From an uncultured Anaerolineales bacterium (lineage in GTDB: Bacteria; Chloroflexota; Anaerolineae; UBA7937; JACPPX01), in the NCBI GenBank assembly GCA_964348195.1, contig CAYGBX010000003.1, positions 4,789 through 68,788 of the forward strand: 64,000 bases of DNA, in the 5' to 3' direction. Shown piece by piece: positions 10,247-20,659 of this stretch (positions are counted from its first letter, which is position 1; every line of letters begins with the position of its first letter). The notes under the pieces are model-generated. The model saw nothing but the letters and a program-made list of their open reading frames with translations. It had not been told where the DNA came from and searched no databases. Made by a program: the position numbers and the translations under genes.

Positions 10247-10305
10247 GCGGTGAGACGTTATGGGTCTTGCGCCTCCCGTTTCACACAATACGCGGGGAGA
10301 GAACC

Positions 10306-11382
10306 ATGAAAGTCGAACTCGAGAATCTCACCAAACGCTGGGGCGATGTGGTGGGGGCTGACTCTATCGACCTGGATATCGAGGATGGCGAATTTGTCGC
10401 CTTCCTGGGCCCCTCCGGCTGTGGCAAAACCACCACCCTGCTCATGGTGGCAGGCATCTACAAGCCGACGGAGGGCACCATCCGCTTCGACGGGCGGGTG
10501 GTCAACCAGGTGGCGCCCAAAGACCGCAACGTCAGCATGGTCTTCCAGAGCTACGCGCTCTATCCTCACATGACGGTCTTCCAGAACATCAGCTACCCCC
10601 TCAAGCTCAAGAGAACTCCGAAAGATGAGATGCGCGAACGGGCCCAGCGGGTGGCGGACATGATGGGCATCGGCCACCTGATGGATCGCAAACCGGCTCA
10701 ACTCTCCGGCGGTCAGCAACAGCGGGTTGCCCTCGGCCGGGCCTTGGTCAAAGAACCTCAGTTGCTGCTGTTTGACGAGCCGCTCTCCAACCTGGACGCC
10801 CGCCTGCGCCTTTCCATGCGGAGCGAGATCAAGCACCTCCAGCTAGATCTGGGTATCACCTCGATCTACGTCACCCACGACCAGGTGGAGGCCATGACCA
10901 TGGCTGACCGCATCGCGGTCATGAATGAGGGCAAAGTGCAGGCATACGCCACCCCCGACGAGTTGTACGACCAGCCGCGCACGCTCTTCATCGCCGGCTT
11001 TGTGGGCAACCCGCCGATGAACTTCCTGGAAGTGGAGGTCACCCGCGAAGATGGCGACTATCACGCCCGTGCGGAGGGGATTGACTTGAGTGTGCCCCCC
11101 GATCGGGGCGAGAAGGCGGCCGGCAAGGGGAAGGTCATCATGGGCATCCGCCCTGATGACGTGACCGTCGCCGACGGGGGCACCAGCGGCAAGATCTACG
11201 TCGTAGAGCCGCTTGGCCGCGATGACCTGCTTGACATACGCATCGGCGAGGCTGGCGTTCACGTGTTGGCCGATCCCACGTTGCGCCTGAAGATGGGCGA
11301 AAGCATCTCGATCAGATTCGACACTAACAAGATCCAGTTCTTCGACCCGGAAACTCAGCGATCACTGCTTTGGTCACAATAG
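10306..11382 (+). CDS. ABC transporter ATP-binding protein (MalK/UgpC-like)
   Basis: ATG at 10306 after GGGGAGAG. Walker A GPSGCGKTT, signature LSGGQQQRV, Walker B LLLFDEPLS, and a C-terminal TOBE-like domain. The longer track ORF from 9955 overlaps the permease gene. Confidence 0.9.
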   Translation: MKVELENLTKRWGDVVGADSIDLDIEDGEFVAFLGPSGCGKTTTLLMVAGIYKPTEGTIRFDGRVVNQVAPKDRNVSMVFQSYALYPHMTVFQNISYPLKLKRTPKDEMRERAQRVADMMGIGHLMDRKPAQLSGGQQQRVALGRALVKEPQLLLFDEPLSNLDARLRLSMRSEIKHLQLDLGITSIYVTHDQVEAMTMADRIAVMNEGKVQAYATPDELYDQPRTLFIAGFVGNPPMNFLEVEVTREDGDYHARAEGIDLSVPPDRGEKAAGKGKVIMGIRPDDVTVADGGTSGKIYVVEPLGRDDLLDIRIGEAGVHVLADPTLRLKMGESISIRFDTNKIQFFDPETQRSLLWSQ

Positions 11383-11389
11383 AGTTGGG

Positions 11390-12553
11390 GTGAGGAGCGT
11401 CGCCACCACGACCTTCACCCTCGCCATGGGCCTCGTCGCCCTGGTCGGCTGCGCTCGGGCCAACACACCTCTATCGCCCACCGCTGAGGTCATCCTCACC
11501 GGTCTGGACAACCCCCGCGGGGTGGCCGTCGGCCCCGCGGGCGAATTGTTAGTGGCCGAAGCTGGCACAGGCTACAGCGCGGTCGATCCCACTCAAATGA
11601 CGGGCAAATTGACCCAATTCACCGACCTCAATGGTGACGGTCATTTCGACGACGCGGGAGAGGTCGAGCGCTGGTTCAGCCATTTTCCGACCTATAACGC
11701 GCAGCATTTCACCCGCTCTGTTCGGGACGAAGTGGGTGGCCCCGGCGATCTCTTGCTGCACCGCGATGGGCGTCTCTTCCTCACGCTGGACGGTGGGTTC
11801 GAAAGGCGGTTCCTCTACGAGATCAGCCCAGATGGGCGGATAGGCCGCAATCTGTACCATCGAGGCGGCAATGTGAACGGCATTGCCTTCGACCCTAGCC
11901 AGGCGCGTATCTACGCGGTTGAGAGTTCCTTCAACCGTCTGATCGAGGTCACTCTCGACGGAGAGCTTCGCGATGTCGTCGAATTTCCCCCCCTGGACAG
12001 TGGCCAGGAGGCGGTCCCAGCTGGTTTGACGCTGGATCCCCAAACCGGTGACGTGCTCGTGGTCCTGTTCTCTGGGTCGCTTGTCGACGACGAGACGGGC
12101 GAGGTCATCCTGTTCATGCCGGGCGACGCCAAAGTGGTGCGCGTGAACCCCGAAACTGGTCAGTTCACCGAAGAAATCACTGGCCTGACGACTGCCATTG
12201 ATCTAGCAGCGGACGCCATGGGCAACCTGTTCGTCGTTGAGATGACATCATCCTTTGTCGAACCTTTCCCCACCGGGTTTGATTTTTTCGACCCCGATGC
12301 CCCCCCACTTCACGGGGGCTACCAGCGCTTCAGCGGGCGGGTTACCCTCTACCCAGCCGATGGTGGCCCGGCCCGGGTGGTGGCGGCGGGGCTCGACACG
12401 CCCACCAACATCACCCTGGGCCCCGACGGCGCGCTCTACATCTCCACGGGACAGGGCACGCCCGGCCGCCCCATTCCTGGCCCGCATGGGCCCACGACCA
12501 TCGTCGGGGAGATTCTGCGAATCACGAACTTCTTGAGAAGCACAGGAGGCTGA
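11390..12553 (+). CDS. Lipoprotein with beta-propeller (NHL/ScyD-ScyE-like) repeats
   Basis: Lipobox LVGC. N-terminal GLDNPRGVAVGPAGELLVAEAGTG and repeated hydrophobic-D/G-rich blades. Starts 8 nt after the ATPase gene. Confidence 0.55.
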   Translation: MRSVATTTFTLAMGLVALVGCARANTPLSPTAEVILTGLDNPRGVAVGPAGELLVAEAGTGYSAVDPTQMTGKLTQFTDLNGDGHFDDAGEVERWFSHFPTYNAQHFTRSVRDEVGGPGDLLLHRDGRLFLTLDGGFERRFLYEISPDGRIGRNLYHRGGNVNGIAFDPSQARIYAVESSFNRLIEVTLDGELRDVVEFPPLDSGQEAVPAGLTLDPQTGDVLVVLFSGSLVDDETGEVILFMPGDAKVVRVNPETGQFTEEITGLTTAIDLAADAMGNLFVVEMTSSFVEPFPTGFDFFDPDAPPLHGGYQRFSGRVTLYPADGGPARVVAAGLDTPTNITLGPDGALYISTGQGTPGRPIPGPHGPTTIVGEILRITNFLRSTGG

Positions 12554-12680
12554 AATGATTGTTCTTTGCGGACGCTCCGTCGCTGCTGACCAAGCTCTCT
12601 GTGAAGGCACCAGCTGGGCGCAGGCGCATCCAACGCCGCGGTAGTGTGTTCTAGTACGAGAAGGCACGGCCGCCATCGGG

Positions 12681-13076
12681 ATGGTGCTCAGTTCGGAGGG
12701 AGCCAGTTCTCAGGGAATCGGACAGCAGATGTCCACCATCGATGGCCCGCATCCGATATCCCTATACGACGCCACTGACCAGGGCTCCCGGGACCCCGAC
12801 CACGAGCTAGTCGCTCTCCATGCTCCGATCCTCAACTTTGATACCCGCGAGCCTCTTCTTCCCAAGGCGGTGGGGTATGCCATTTTCGGCAAGAGCGCTG
12901 ACTCCTCTCCGTCTCCGCGTCGAGTCGAACTGAGGCCAGACGGACACCCCGCAGCGACGATGGCCATTGAATATGCCATCTGGTGGGATTGGGATATCGT
13001 CCATCTCTATGACTTCGAGCGCGTCTGGGTGTTCCTCGACGCCGAAGGCACCGTTGTTTGGGCAGAAGCGGGCTAG
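12681..13076 (+). CDS. Hypothetical protein
   Basis: 131-aa ORF with coding-like GC3, and its stop lies 2 nt before the next start. Contains WWDWDIVHLYDFERVWVF (H-x-x-D-F/W-E pattern). No confident family assignment. Confidence 0.4.
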   Translation: MVLSSEGASSQGIGQQMSTIDGPHPISLYDATDQGSRDPDHELVALHAPILNFDTREPLLPKAVGYAIFGKSADSSPSPRRVELRPDGHPAATMAIEYAIWWDWDIVHLYDFERVWVFLDAEGTVVWAEAG

Positions 13077-13078
13077 CA

Positions 13079-14566
13079 ATGAAAACCAATTGGATGCGAG
13101 CGCTTTCCCAGCAGTTCGACCGCGCCTGTCGAGAGGTCGAGGACAAGCCCCTTTTGCTCCTCAGCGATATTGACGGCACGATCATCGACATGCGCTACCT
13201 CATCCGATCCGTGCTCCAATCCTACGACGCCCAACACGACACGAGCTTCTTCGAGAAACTGACCCCTTCGGACATCACGCTCCACGAGAACCACATAGAC
13301 CAGCTGCTTGACGCTCTGTCCATCCCGTCTGAGCGTCGCGAGGACATCATGGCCTGGTATCGCGAGCGGCGGTGGAAGCCAGAAGCCATCCGTGAGATGA
13401 ACCAACCGTTCCCAGGCGCGCTGGAGGTCATTCGCTGGTTTCAGCTCCAGCCCAACACCCACGTGGGCCTGGTCACGGGACGGCCGGAGGCGTTGCGCAA
13501 GGACACCCTGCACAGCTTGAACCAGCTCGGCAAGCCCCAGCGGGTGGCCTTCTCCGACGATCTGCTGTATATGAATCCCGGAGATTGGGAGGAAGAGGTA
13601 CCAGAAGTCAAGGTGGCTGGGCTGCGGCACTTCCGGGAGGCCGGCTACCACGTGTTCGCAGTGATCGACAACGAGCCGGCCAACCTGAAGGCACTCGCCT
13701 CTGCCGACTCCAACAAGGAACTGCTTCTGCTTCACGCCGACACCATCTTTGAAAGCAAGCGGACGCGCCTGCCTCGCGGCGCCGTGCGGGGCAAGGATTA
13801 TCGGTTATCGGAACTCATCCCTGACGAAACGGCACTGCCCTCCAACATTCAGTTGGCCTGGCACGGCGTGAACGACAAGGCCAACCTGCGTCAGTTTCTA
13901 GCCTCCGACGTGCGTTGGGCCGAGATGGACATCTTGCTAGATCCCATTGGACGGGAGGTGATCCTGCGCCATGATTCCTTTGGCGCTGTGCCACCGTCCA
14001 GCGAAGAGCGCTGGCTGACGTTGAGAGAGGCACTGGACGAGATCAAATCTAACGGTCGGGCAGCTAAGCTCGACTTGAAGGCCTCGGGAAGTCTGCTGGA
14101 AATGACGTTGGAGTTGCTGGCCGAGAAAGGCCTCTCCGACTTGGACCTGTGGTTCAACGCCAGCATCGAGAGGCTCATGGAGGCTGGATTCCAGAGGATC
14201 GTAGATGCCCATCCCCAGGCAATCATCCAGTGCCCAATCGACTTTCTCGTCCCGCTGATCCTGGCTACCCCGAACCGGGCGCGCAGCATCCTGAAGATGC
14301 TCGCTGGATGGGGCCTCAATCGTTTCTCCATAAGCTGGCTGGGTCCAGATCTGCCGGGTGTCTTCGACCAAATGGACCGATGGGGATACGAGATGAACAT
14401 CTACAACGTCCCCGATCTGGAGGCCTTCCTGAAGGCCGTTGTGCTGATGCCCCGGTCTGTGACCTCGGACTTCAACTTCCCGCAGTGGTACTACTATGGC
14501 CAGGGCTCTGGGGAGCGCGGTGCACGCCACACCTACGAGATTCGCAAGAGCAAGGAGCGAGGCTGA
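13079..14566 (+). CDS. Fusion protein: N-terminal HAD-like phosphatase domain + C-terminal menorin/FAM151 (DUF2181) PLC-like phosphodiesterase domain
   Basis: N-terminal half: LLSDIDGTIID (motif I), LVTGRP, VIDNEP. C-terminal half: LAWHGVNDKANLRQFL...AEMDILLD...ILRHD...AAKLDLKA...DLWFNASI. This mirrors the WAHAVNS...EADV...MAHP...KLDFK...WLNADI blocks of FAM151/menorin. Confidence 0.6.
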   Translation: MKTNWMRALSQQFDRACREVEDKPLLLLSDIDGTIIDMRYLIRSVLQSYDAQHDTSFFEKLTPSDITLHENHIDQLLDALSIPSERREDIMAWYRERRWKPEAIREMNQPFPGALEVIRWFQLQPNTHVGLVTGRPEALRKDTLHSLNQLGKPQRVAFSDDLLYMNPGDWEEEVPEVKVAGLRHFREAGYHVFAVIDNEPANLKALASADSNKELLLLHADTIFESKRTRLPRGAVRGKDYRLSELIPDETALPSNIQLAWHGVNDKANLRQFLASDVRWAEMDILLDPIGREVILRHDSFGAVPPSSEERWLTLREALDEIKSNGRAAKLDLKASGSLLEMTLELLAEKGLSDLDLWFNASIERLMEAGFQRIVDAHPQAIIQCPIDFLVPLILATPNRARSILKMLAGWGLNRFSISWLGPDLPGVFDQMDRWGYEMNIYNVPDLEAFLKAVVLMPRSVTSDFNFPQWYYYGQGSGERGARHTYEIRKSKERG

Positions 14567-14816
14567 GCCTCCTCTCAATACGACTGATGGCCCCGGATGA
14601 GAATCGGATCGGCTCTTTGACGATCAAATCACTTCCGGCTGTCCATCGAAGAGAAGTGAGACGGCCGATCTCCCCGGGTCATGCGGTTCCTCCGAGTGCC
14701 GGCTCTGCTCGGTATCTCCCGGATTTCACTCACCCGAGACAGCACGGTAGCAGAGGTTGGCTACCCGCGACCCGCCTTCAAACATGCTCACCGGTGCGAG
14801 GACGGGACGCAGCCCG

Positions 14817-16295
14817 ATGAGCGCGAATGACGTGGTTCAGAACTACATCGGCGGGGAGTGGCGGACGTCGAGCGCCGATGAGCAGCTGGAGGTCACCAAC
14901 CCAGCCACCGCAGAGGTGCTCGCTCTCGTCCCACTCTCGCCGCCGGCCGAGGTCGACCAGGCAGCCCAGGCGGCGGCCGCTGCCTTTCCGAGGTGGCGGC
15001 GCACACCAGCCGTCGACCGCGTCCAGCCGCTCTTCAAGCTCAAGGACCTTCTGGAACACCATTTCGAGGACCTGTCCCACACTATCACACTGGAGAACGG
15101 CAAGACCCTGGACGAATCCCGCGGCGAGATGCGCCGCGCCATCGAGAACGTGGAGGTCGCCTGCGGTATCCCCACCTTGATGCAGGGAGACTTTTCGGAA
15201 GACATCGCCCGCGGGATCGACGAGTACATGATCCGCCAGCCGGTCGGGGTCTGCGCCACCATCGCACCCTTTAACTTCCCGGCCATGATCCCCTTCTGGT
15301 TCATGCCCTACGCCCTGGCCTGCGGCAACACCTACATAGTGAAGCCTTCCGAGAGGACGCCCCTTACCATGGAGAAGGTCTTGGGCCTTCTGGAGGAGGC
15401 AGGGTTCCCGAAAGGTGTCGTGAACTCGGTGAACGGCGGGCCCGACACCGTGAACGCCATCCTGGACCACCCCCTGATCGAGGGGATCACGTTCGTGGGA
15501 TCCACGCCGGTGGCCCGACACGTCTACAGCCGTGCGGCCGCCAACGGCAAGCGGGTCCAGGCCCAGGGCGGGGCCAAGAACCCCACCATCGTCCTCCCCG
15601 ACGCCGATCTCGGGACCACGACCCGGATCGTCGCCGACAGCGTCTTCGGCAACGCCGGACAGAGGTGCTTGGCGACCGCACTGACCATCACCGTCGGGGA
15701 AGCGCGTCATGCCTTCGCGGAGGCAATGGCGGGGATCGCCGCCAGCCGCGTGGTTGGATACGGCCTGGAAGAGGGCGTCGAGATGGGGCCGGTCATCACC
15801 CCTCAGAGCAAGGCCCGGATCGAGGGGTTGATCGAAAAGGGTGCAGGTGAAGGCGCGACGCTGCTGGTGGACGGACGCAACACCGTCATCCGAGGCTATG
15901 AAGCTGGCAACTTCATCCGTCCCACCATCCTCGATGGCCTCCCCGCCGAGGGAGAGATCGCCCAGACCGAGATCTTCGGGCCCGTGTTGGGGATGATCCA
16001 TGCCGACACGGTGGACGAGGCCATCGCCTTGGTGAACAGCGGCCGGTACGGCAACATGGCCTGCGTCTTCACCACCAGCGGGGCTGCGGCACGCCAGTTT
16101 CGGTATGAGGCAGAGGCGGGCAACATCGGCATCAACATCGGGGTGGCTGCTCCCATGGCCTTCTTCCCTTTCAGCGGGTGGAAGGACAGCTTCTTCGGGA
16201 CCCTGCATGGGCAGGGGCGCCACGCCGTTGAGTTCTTCACTCAGACGAAGGTCGTGGTCGAGCGCTGGCCCCCCACGCGGAGGCATCCCTCCTAG
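14817..16295 (+). CDS. iolA: Methylmalonate-semialdehyde / malonate-semialdehyde dehydrogenase (CoA-acylating)
   Basis: Start [15 protein letters not shown]. Aldehyde dehydrogenase catalytic region [10 protein letters not shown]. About 490 aa, sitting in the iol context. Confidence 0.9.
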   Translation: MSANDVVQNYIGGEWRTSSADEQLEVTNPATAEVLALVPLSPPAEVDQAAQAAAAAFPRWRRTPAVDRVQPLFKLKDLLEHHFEDLSHTITLENGKTLDESRGEMRRAIENVEVACGIPTLMQGDFSEDIARGIDEYMIRQPVGVCATIAPFNFPAMIPFWFMPYALACGNTYIVKPSERTPLTMEKVLGLLEEAGFPKGVVNSVNGGPDTVNAILDHPLIEGITFVGSTPVARHVYSRAAANGKRVQAQGGAKNPTIVLPDADLGTTTRIVADSVFGNAGQRCLATALTITVGEARHAFAEAMAGIAASRVVGYGLEEGVEMGPVITPQSKARIEGLIEKGAGEGATLLVDGRNTVIRGYEAGNFIRPTILDGLPAEGEIAQTEIFGPVLGMIHADTVDEAIALVNSGRYGNMACVFTTSGAAARQFRYEAEAGNIGINIGVAAPMAFFPFSGWKDSFFGTLHGQGRHAVEFFTQTKVVVERWPPTRRHPS

Positions 16296-16384
16296 AACCG
16301 CGTGCTGAAGACACCTCCATCGCAGACATCCAGGCCCGCTCGTCCACGATGGGACGCCCGGTGCTCCCCGTTGCCCCCTAGGCC

Positions 16385-17323
16385 GTGTCCCGGCTGAAAC
16401 TGGCCAATGCCCCGGTTTCCTGGGGTGTGCTTGAGTTCGAGGGGCTGAAGGGCCGAGCCATCGGATACCAACAAATGCTGGATGAACTCGCCGCAACCGG
16501 CTACGTGGGCACGGAGCTCGGCGATTGGGGATACATGCCCACCCAGCCGGAAACGCTCCAGGCCGAGATGGCTAAGCGCGGTCTCGCCATGGTGGGTGGC
16601 TTCGTGCCCGTCGCGTTGAAGGACCCAAGCGCGCACGTCTCGGGCGAAGCCCGAGCCCTAAAGGTGGCAGGGCTTCTGGCGGGAGTGGCCGAGCTCAGCG
16701 GTCAAGACCAGGAGCCTTTCGTGGTGCTGGCCGACGCCAATGGCACAGACCCCACCCGGATCCAGAACGCCGGGCGGATCACCCCCGAAATGAGTCTCTC
16801 CAACGAAGCGTGGCAGGTCTTTGCCCAGGGTGCAGATCGGATCGCGCTGGCCGTGAGGGATCGGACCGGGCTGCCCACTGTCTTCCATCCTCACTGCGCC
16901 GGGTTCGTGGAAACCCCAGAGGAGATCGCCCGGCTCCTGGACCTCACGGACCCTGCCCTCCTCGGGTTGGCCTTCGATACTGGTCATTTCCTGTACGGCT
17001 CCAGATCCAACGATCCTCAACAGATCCTCGACGGGCTGGACCGCTTCGACGACCGAATCCGGCACCTTCACTTCAAGGACTGCCACGCCGAGGTGGCGAC
17101 TCGATCCCGATCCCAAGGTTGGGACTATTTCCGGGCCGTGCGGCAGGGGCTCTTCTGCGAGCTGGGCCAGGGAGCGGTGGACTTTCCCTCGATCTTGTCC
17201 TGGCTGGACGGTCGCGGCTACGAAGGATGGGCGGTGGTCGAACAGGACGTCCTCCCCGGCATGGGAACACCGAGGGAGAGCGCGGAGCGGAATCGGGCAT
17301 ACCTCAGTTCGATCGGAGTCTAA
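16385..17323 (+). CDS. iolE: Inosose dehydratase-like sugar-phosphate isomerase/epimerase (xylose-isomerase TIM barrel)
   Basis: Blocks [25 protein letters not shown] and [10 protein letters not shown] align with the IolE pattern HHHMG..DTGH..HVHFKD..YKGWIVVEAEQD. Confidence 0.7.
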   Translation: MSRLKLANAPVSWGVLEFEGLKGRAIGYQQMLDELAATGYVGTELGDWGYMPTQPETLQAEMAKRGLAMVGGFVPVALKDPSAHVSGEARALKVAGLLAGVAELSGQDQEPFVVLADANGTDPTRIQNAGRITPEMSLSNEAWQVFAQGADRIALAVRDRTGLPTVFHPHCAGFVETPEEIARLLDLTDPALLGLAFDTGHFLYGSRSNDPQQILDGLDRFDDRIRHLHFKDCHAEVATRSRSQGWDYFRAVRQGLFCELGQGAVDFPSILSWLDGRGYEGWAVVEQDVLPGMGTPRESAERNRAYLSSIGV

Positions 17324-17326
17324 CCC

Positions 17327-18352
17327 ATGATTGCAGATGAGACCTTGACACTCGGCTTGATCGGCGCCGGAGCAATCGGCTCCCTGCATGCCGCGCACCT
17401 AAGTTACCGAATCCCCCGGGCCGACCTCCAGATCCTCGCCGATGTCGTGGAAGAGGCTGCGCAGGGGGTGGCCAAACAGTGCCGCATTCCCGAGACGACC
17501 TCGGACTACCAGCGCATCCTCGAGCGCCCGGACATCGAGGCGGTGGTGATCTGCTCTCCCACCGAAACCCACGCCCGAATCATCGAGGAGGCAGCGGAGG
17601 CCGGAAAACACATCTTCTGCGAGAAGCCCATCGACCTCGATCTGGGCAAGATCGACGGTGCGCTGACTGCCGTTGAGAAGAGTGGTGTGCTCCTACAGGT
17701 CGGTTTCAACCGCCGCTTCGACAGCAATTTCAGGCGCGTTCGAGAGGCCATTCAGAGCGGTGAGATCGGCGAACCCCACCTCCTACACATCATCAGCCGC
17801 GACCCTGCCCCGCCACCTATCGAGTACCTCAAGGTTTCGGGAGACATCTTCGTCGATATGACGATCCACGACTTCGATATGGCCCGCTATCTTATCGGCG
17901 AAGAGGTTGAGGAGATCTACGCCACGGGTGGGGTCAGAATCGACGACGCCATCGCGGAGCTGGGCGATCTCGACACGGTCCTTGTCGTGCTCAAGTTCGC
18001 CGATGGAACCATCGGAACCATCGACAACAGCCGTCAGGCAGTCTACGGCTACGATCAGCGGGTGGAGGTCCTGGGAAGCAAGGGAAGCATCCGCACAGCC
18101 AACAACTTCCCCAACTCGGCTGTCGTCAGTGCCAAGGACCGGATCTACCGGGATCTGCCTCTTCATTTCTTCCTGGAGCGATACGTGGACAGCTACCTGG
18201 AGGAGATGACGCAGTTCGTGGACGCGGTGCTCTCAAGAGGCCCCTCCCCTGTGACGGGCCACGATGGGCGGAGCGCCGTCGTCCTGGGACTCGCCGCCCG
18301 GGCCTCGTACGACCAGAACCGATCCGTCCGGATCACCGAAATCTCGGGCTGA
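17327..18352 (+). CDS. iolG: myo-inositol 2-dehydrogenase (Gfo/Idh/MocA family)
   Basis: N-terminal Rossmann LGLIGAGAIG, EKP motif FCEKPI, GFNRRFD, DMTIHDFDMARYL. Confidence 0.85.
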   Translation: MIADETLTLGLIGAGAIGSLHAAHLSYRIPRADLQILADVVEEAAQGVAKQCRIPETTSDYQRILERPDIEAVVICSPTETHARIIEEAAEAGKHIFCEKPIDLDLGKIDGALTAVEKSGVLLQVGFNRRFDSNFRRVREAIQSGEIGEPHLLHIISRDPAPPPIEYLKVSGDIFVDMTIHDFDMARYLIGEEVEEIYATGGVRIDDAIAELGDLDTVLVVLKFADGTIGTIDNSRQAVYGYDQRVEVLGSKGSIRTANNFPNSAVVSAKDRIYRDLPLHFFLERYVDSYLEEMTQFVDAVLSRGPSPVTGHDGRSAVVLGLAARASYDQNRSVRITEISG

Positions 18353-18369
18353 GGCCCCAAGGCAGGATT

Positions 18370-19344
18370 ATGCGCCTTTCTCTCGGAAAGTGGCGCCGGC
18401 TACAGCAGATCGCCAGCTCCGGCGGGACCTTCTCCGTCTTGGCCATCGACCATCGGGGCGCTATGCGCCAGACTCTGCAACCGACCGCTTCCTCCCAGAT
18501 CACGGACAGCGATCTCGCTCAGGTGAAGCAAGACATAGTTCGGGAGTTGGCCCCCTACTGCTCCGCCGTCTTGCTCGATCCGGAGACCGGGGTGGGGCTG
18601 TCTCTGACGAGCGGGGCGCTCCCGGCGAGGACCGGTCTCCTCGTGGCCCTGGACTCGGGCTCCACCGGCGATCCCCAAAGGCCGGAGACCAGCCTTGTGG
18701 AGAATTGGTCGGTGGCCAAAGCCGCGCGCCTCGGCGCGTCCGGCGTGAAGCTCCTGATCTACTACCACCCTAGGGGGTCCGACGCCCCTGCCTTGGAGGA
18801 GCTTGTGGGACACGTGGCGGAGGCCTGCCGTCAGCACGATGTCCCCTTCTTTCTTGAGCCCCTCTCCCGAGATCCTGTGTCGCCAGGCAGAAAGCTTGCC
18901 CCAGAGGAGCGCCGTCGGCTGGGTCTAGAAGCGGCTGCGCGCCTCGTCCCTCTCGGGGTGGACGTGCTGAAGGCGGAGTTCCCCCTCGATGTCGAGCACG
19001 AGCCCGATGAGCATGCCTGGGTGGAAGCTTGCCGGGACCTCACCGACGCGTGCTCCGTGCCATGGAGTCTGCTCTCTGCAGGGGTGGATTTCGAGACTTT
19101 TGTGCGCCAGGCCCGTATCGCCTGCGAAGCCGGAGCCAGTGGAGTCATCGCTGGACGCGCGGTCTGGCGCGAGGCTGCCACGACCCACTCCGAGGCACGA
19201 CGCCGATTCCTGGCGGGGGTGGTGCGAGAGCGGATGACCCGTCTAGCCAGATTGTGTGAGAGGACGGGCCGCCCCTTCACCCAGGTATACCAGCCACCTG
19301 AGCTCCCCACTGGCTGGCATGCGGAGTATCCCGAGGCCCTGTAG
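18370..19344 (+). CDS. Class I aldolase of the LacD/tagatose-bisphosphate aldolase family (possible DKGP-aldolase role in inositol pathway)
   Basis: FSVLAIDHRG near the N-terminus, GVKLLIYY, VDVLKAEFP. 324 aa, immediately after iolG. Confidence 0.65.
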   Translation: MRLSLGKWRRLQQIASSGGTFSVLAIDHRGAMRQTLQPTASSQITDSDLAQVKQDIVRELAPYCSAVLLDPETGVGLSLTSGALPARTGLLVALDSGSTGDPQRPETSLVENWSVAKAARLGASGVKLLIYYHPRGSDAPALEELVGHVAEACRQHDVPFFLEPLSRDPVSPGRKLAPEERRRLGLEAAARLVPLGVDVLKAEFPLDVEHEPDEHAWVEACRDLTDACSVPWSLLSAGVDFETFVRQARIACEAGASGVIAGRAVWREAATTHSEARRRFLAGVVRERMTRLARLCERTGRPFTQVYQPPELPTGWHAEYPEAL

Positions 19345-19353
19345 AAACACGAA

Positions 19354-19381
19354 CCGTCCGGATCCTTGCGGGTCCGGACGG
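19354..19381. terminator. Hairpin between convergent genes (bidirectional terminator candidate)
   Basis: ccgtccgga (19354-19362) pairs with tccggacgg (19373-19381). The 10-nt loop has 2-3 extra possible pairs. Confidence 0.45.
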
Positions 19382-19404
19382 CGCAAACTCAGGAGTGCGG
19401 AGTT

Positions 19405-19968
19405 CTACCGCGGGGCCACTACGTCCTCCGTCACGGCTTCTTCTGTCATCGCTTCCTCAGTCACTGCTTCGCGCGCCTTCGCCTCGAGAGCAACTTCCCC
19501 TTCAATCCCGGGCTCGACGGTCACCGCGACCACATGCTCCCGGGGCACCTCGGTGCCACAGAACGGGCACCGCTCCCAATGGAGCTCCAGCAGCCGACCG
19601 CACTCGCCGCACACGTTCCTTAGCGAAGTGTGGCAGTTCGGGCACAACTGATAGTCCGCCCGAATGGGATGTTGGCAGACGGGGCAGTCATCGCGCTCCT
19701 CGAGGTCGCGGAGCAGGGTTTCCTCTTCCAGAGAGCGGTCGAAGGCCTCGGCGAGAGTCTCCCGAGGACGCAGGATGTAGTAGAGAAACAGCCCCGGGAC
19801 ATTGAAGAACAGCACCATCGCGACGGCCAAAGCCTGCACGAAGATGTCTTGGGTCCGAGCCCCGACGTCCCGGTAGGTCCATACCACCAGGCTGGCCCAA
19901 AAAGCGAGGAAGTAGAATCCCAGGACAGCCAGGAAGACCTGTAGAATCAACTGGAGATCTATCGTCAC
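19405..19968 (-). CDS. Membrane protein with C-terminal double zinc-ribbon
   Basis: Two N-terminal TM helices, then CPVCQHPIRADYQLCPNCH...CGECGRLLELHWERCPFCG (four CxxC pairs). Confidence 0.7.
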   Translation of the reverse strand: MTIDLQLILQVFLAVLGFYFLAFWASLVVWTYRDVGARTQDIFVQALAVAMVLFFNVPGLFLYYILRPRETLAEAFDRSLEEETLLRDLEERDDCPVCQHPIRADYQLCPNCHTSLRNVCGECGRLLELHWERCPFCGTEVPREHVVAVTVEPGIEGEVALEAKAREAVTEEAMTEEAVTEDVVAPR

Positions 19969-20068
19969 AGCACGGCTCCTGTGGAAGGTCGCGGGATTAT
20001 AGCATCAGTTCACGAGACACCGCACCCCGGCTCCGACCTTAAAATGGTCCGCGATTCGCCCCATTGTT

Positions 20069-20098
20069 TTGTATCGCCATCTCGGATTATGCTATAAT
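20069..20098 (+). promoter_or_regulatory. Candidate sigma-70 promoter for the nuclease-dnaB-dnaD-dnaC cluster
   Basis: TTGTAT (20069-74), 18-nt spacer, extended -10 TGcTATAAT (20090-98), in an AT-rich intergenic patch. Confidence 0.4.
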
Positions 20099-20159
20099 GC
20101 TCATCACCCCCGAACAAGACCTATTCACCGCCCGCATCATCGGGAAGGAGCCCACAGGA

Positions 20160-20657
20160 ATGATCCGCGTCGTGGTGGACAGCATCAAGGTAAGCCTGAT
20201 CTCCCAGCACCGCCTGGTGGTACTCAAAGAGGAGGACGGAGATCGGTTCCTTCCCATCTGGATCGGCCCCTTCGAGGCCGATGCCATCACCATCGGGATG
20301 CAGTCAATCGAGATGTCGCGTCCTTTGACCCACGATCTGATCAATGAGGTGGTCGGGGGATTGAATGGCGCCATCTCCCACATCTACGTCAACGATCTGC
20401 AGGAAGACACGTTTTTCGCCCAGATCGTCATAGACCTCAACGGCAGCCGACTGGAGATCGACTCTCGGCCCTCGGATGCCATTGCCGTAGCGGTGCGGGT
20501 TGATGTGCCCATCTTTGTGTCCGAGGGGGTCTTGGATCAGGCCGGTATTCTCCCCTCAAAAGAAGAGGAAGCCCTCACCGAGGAAGAGAAGGCGAAGCTC
20601 GCCCCCTTCACTGACCTAGTGGAGAGCTTGGATCTGGACAGCCTCGGCGAGGAGTAG
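20160..20657 (+). CDS. Bifunctional nuclease family protein (DUF151)
   Basis: ATG at 20160 after GGGAAGGAG. Blocks LPIWIGPFEADAI, RPLTHDL and DSRPSDAIAVAVR are typical of DUF151. Confidence 0.8.
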   Translation: MIRVVVDSIKVSLISQHRLVVLKEEDGDRFLPIWIGPFEADAITIGMQSIEMSRPLTHDLINEVVGGLNGAISHIYVNDLQEDTFFAQIVIDLNGSRLEIDSRPSDAIAVAVRVDVPIFVSEGVLDQAGILPSKEEEALTEEEKAKLAPFTDLVESLDLDSLGEE

Positions 20658-20659
20658 CC

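Noticed and set aside
9955-10305. Upstream extension of the ABC ATPase ORF
   Set aside because: It overlaps the MalG-like permease gene out of frame. The ATG at 10306 has a good RBS and yields the standard MKVELENL...Walker A spacing.
14778-16496. 572-aa ORF on the minus strand
   Set aside because: It is antisense to iolA, an unambiguous aldehyde dehydrogenase. The composition is Gly/Arg/Pro-rich, so it is a GC-driven shadow ORF.
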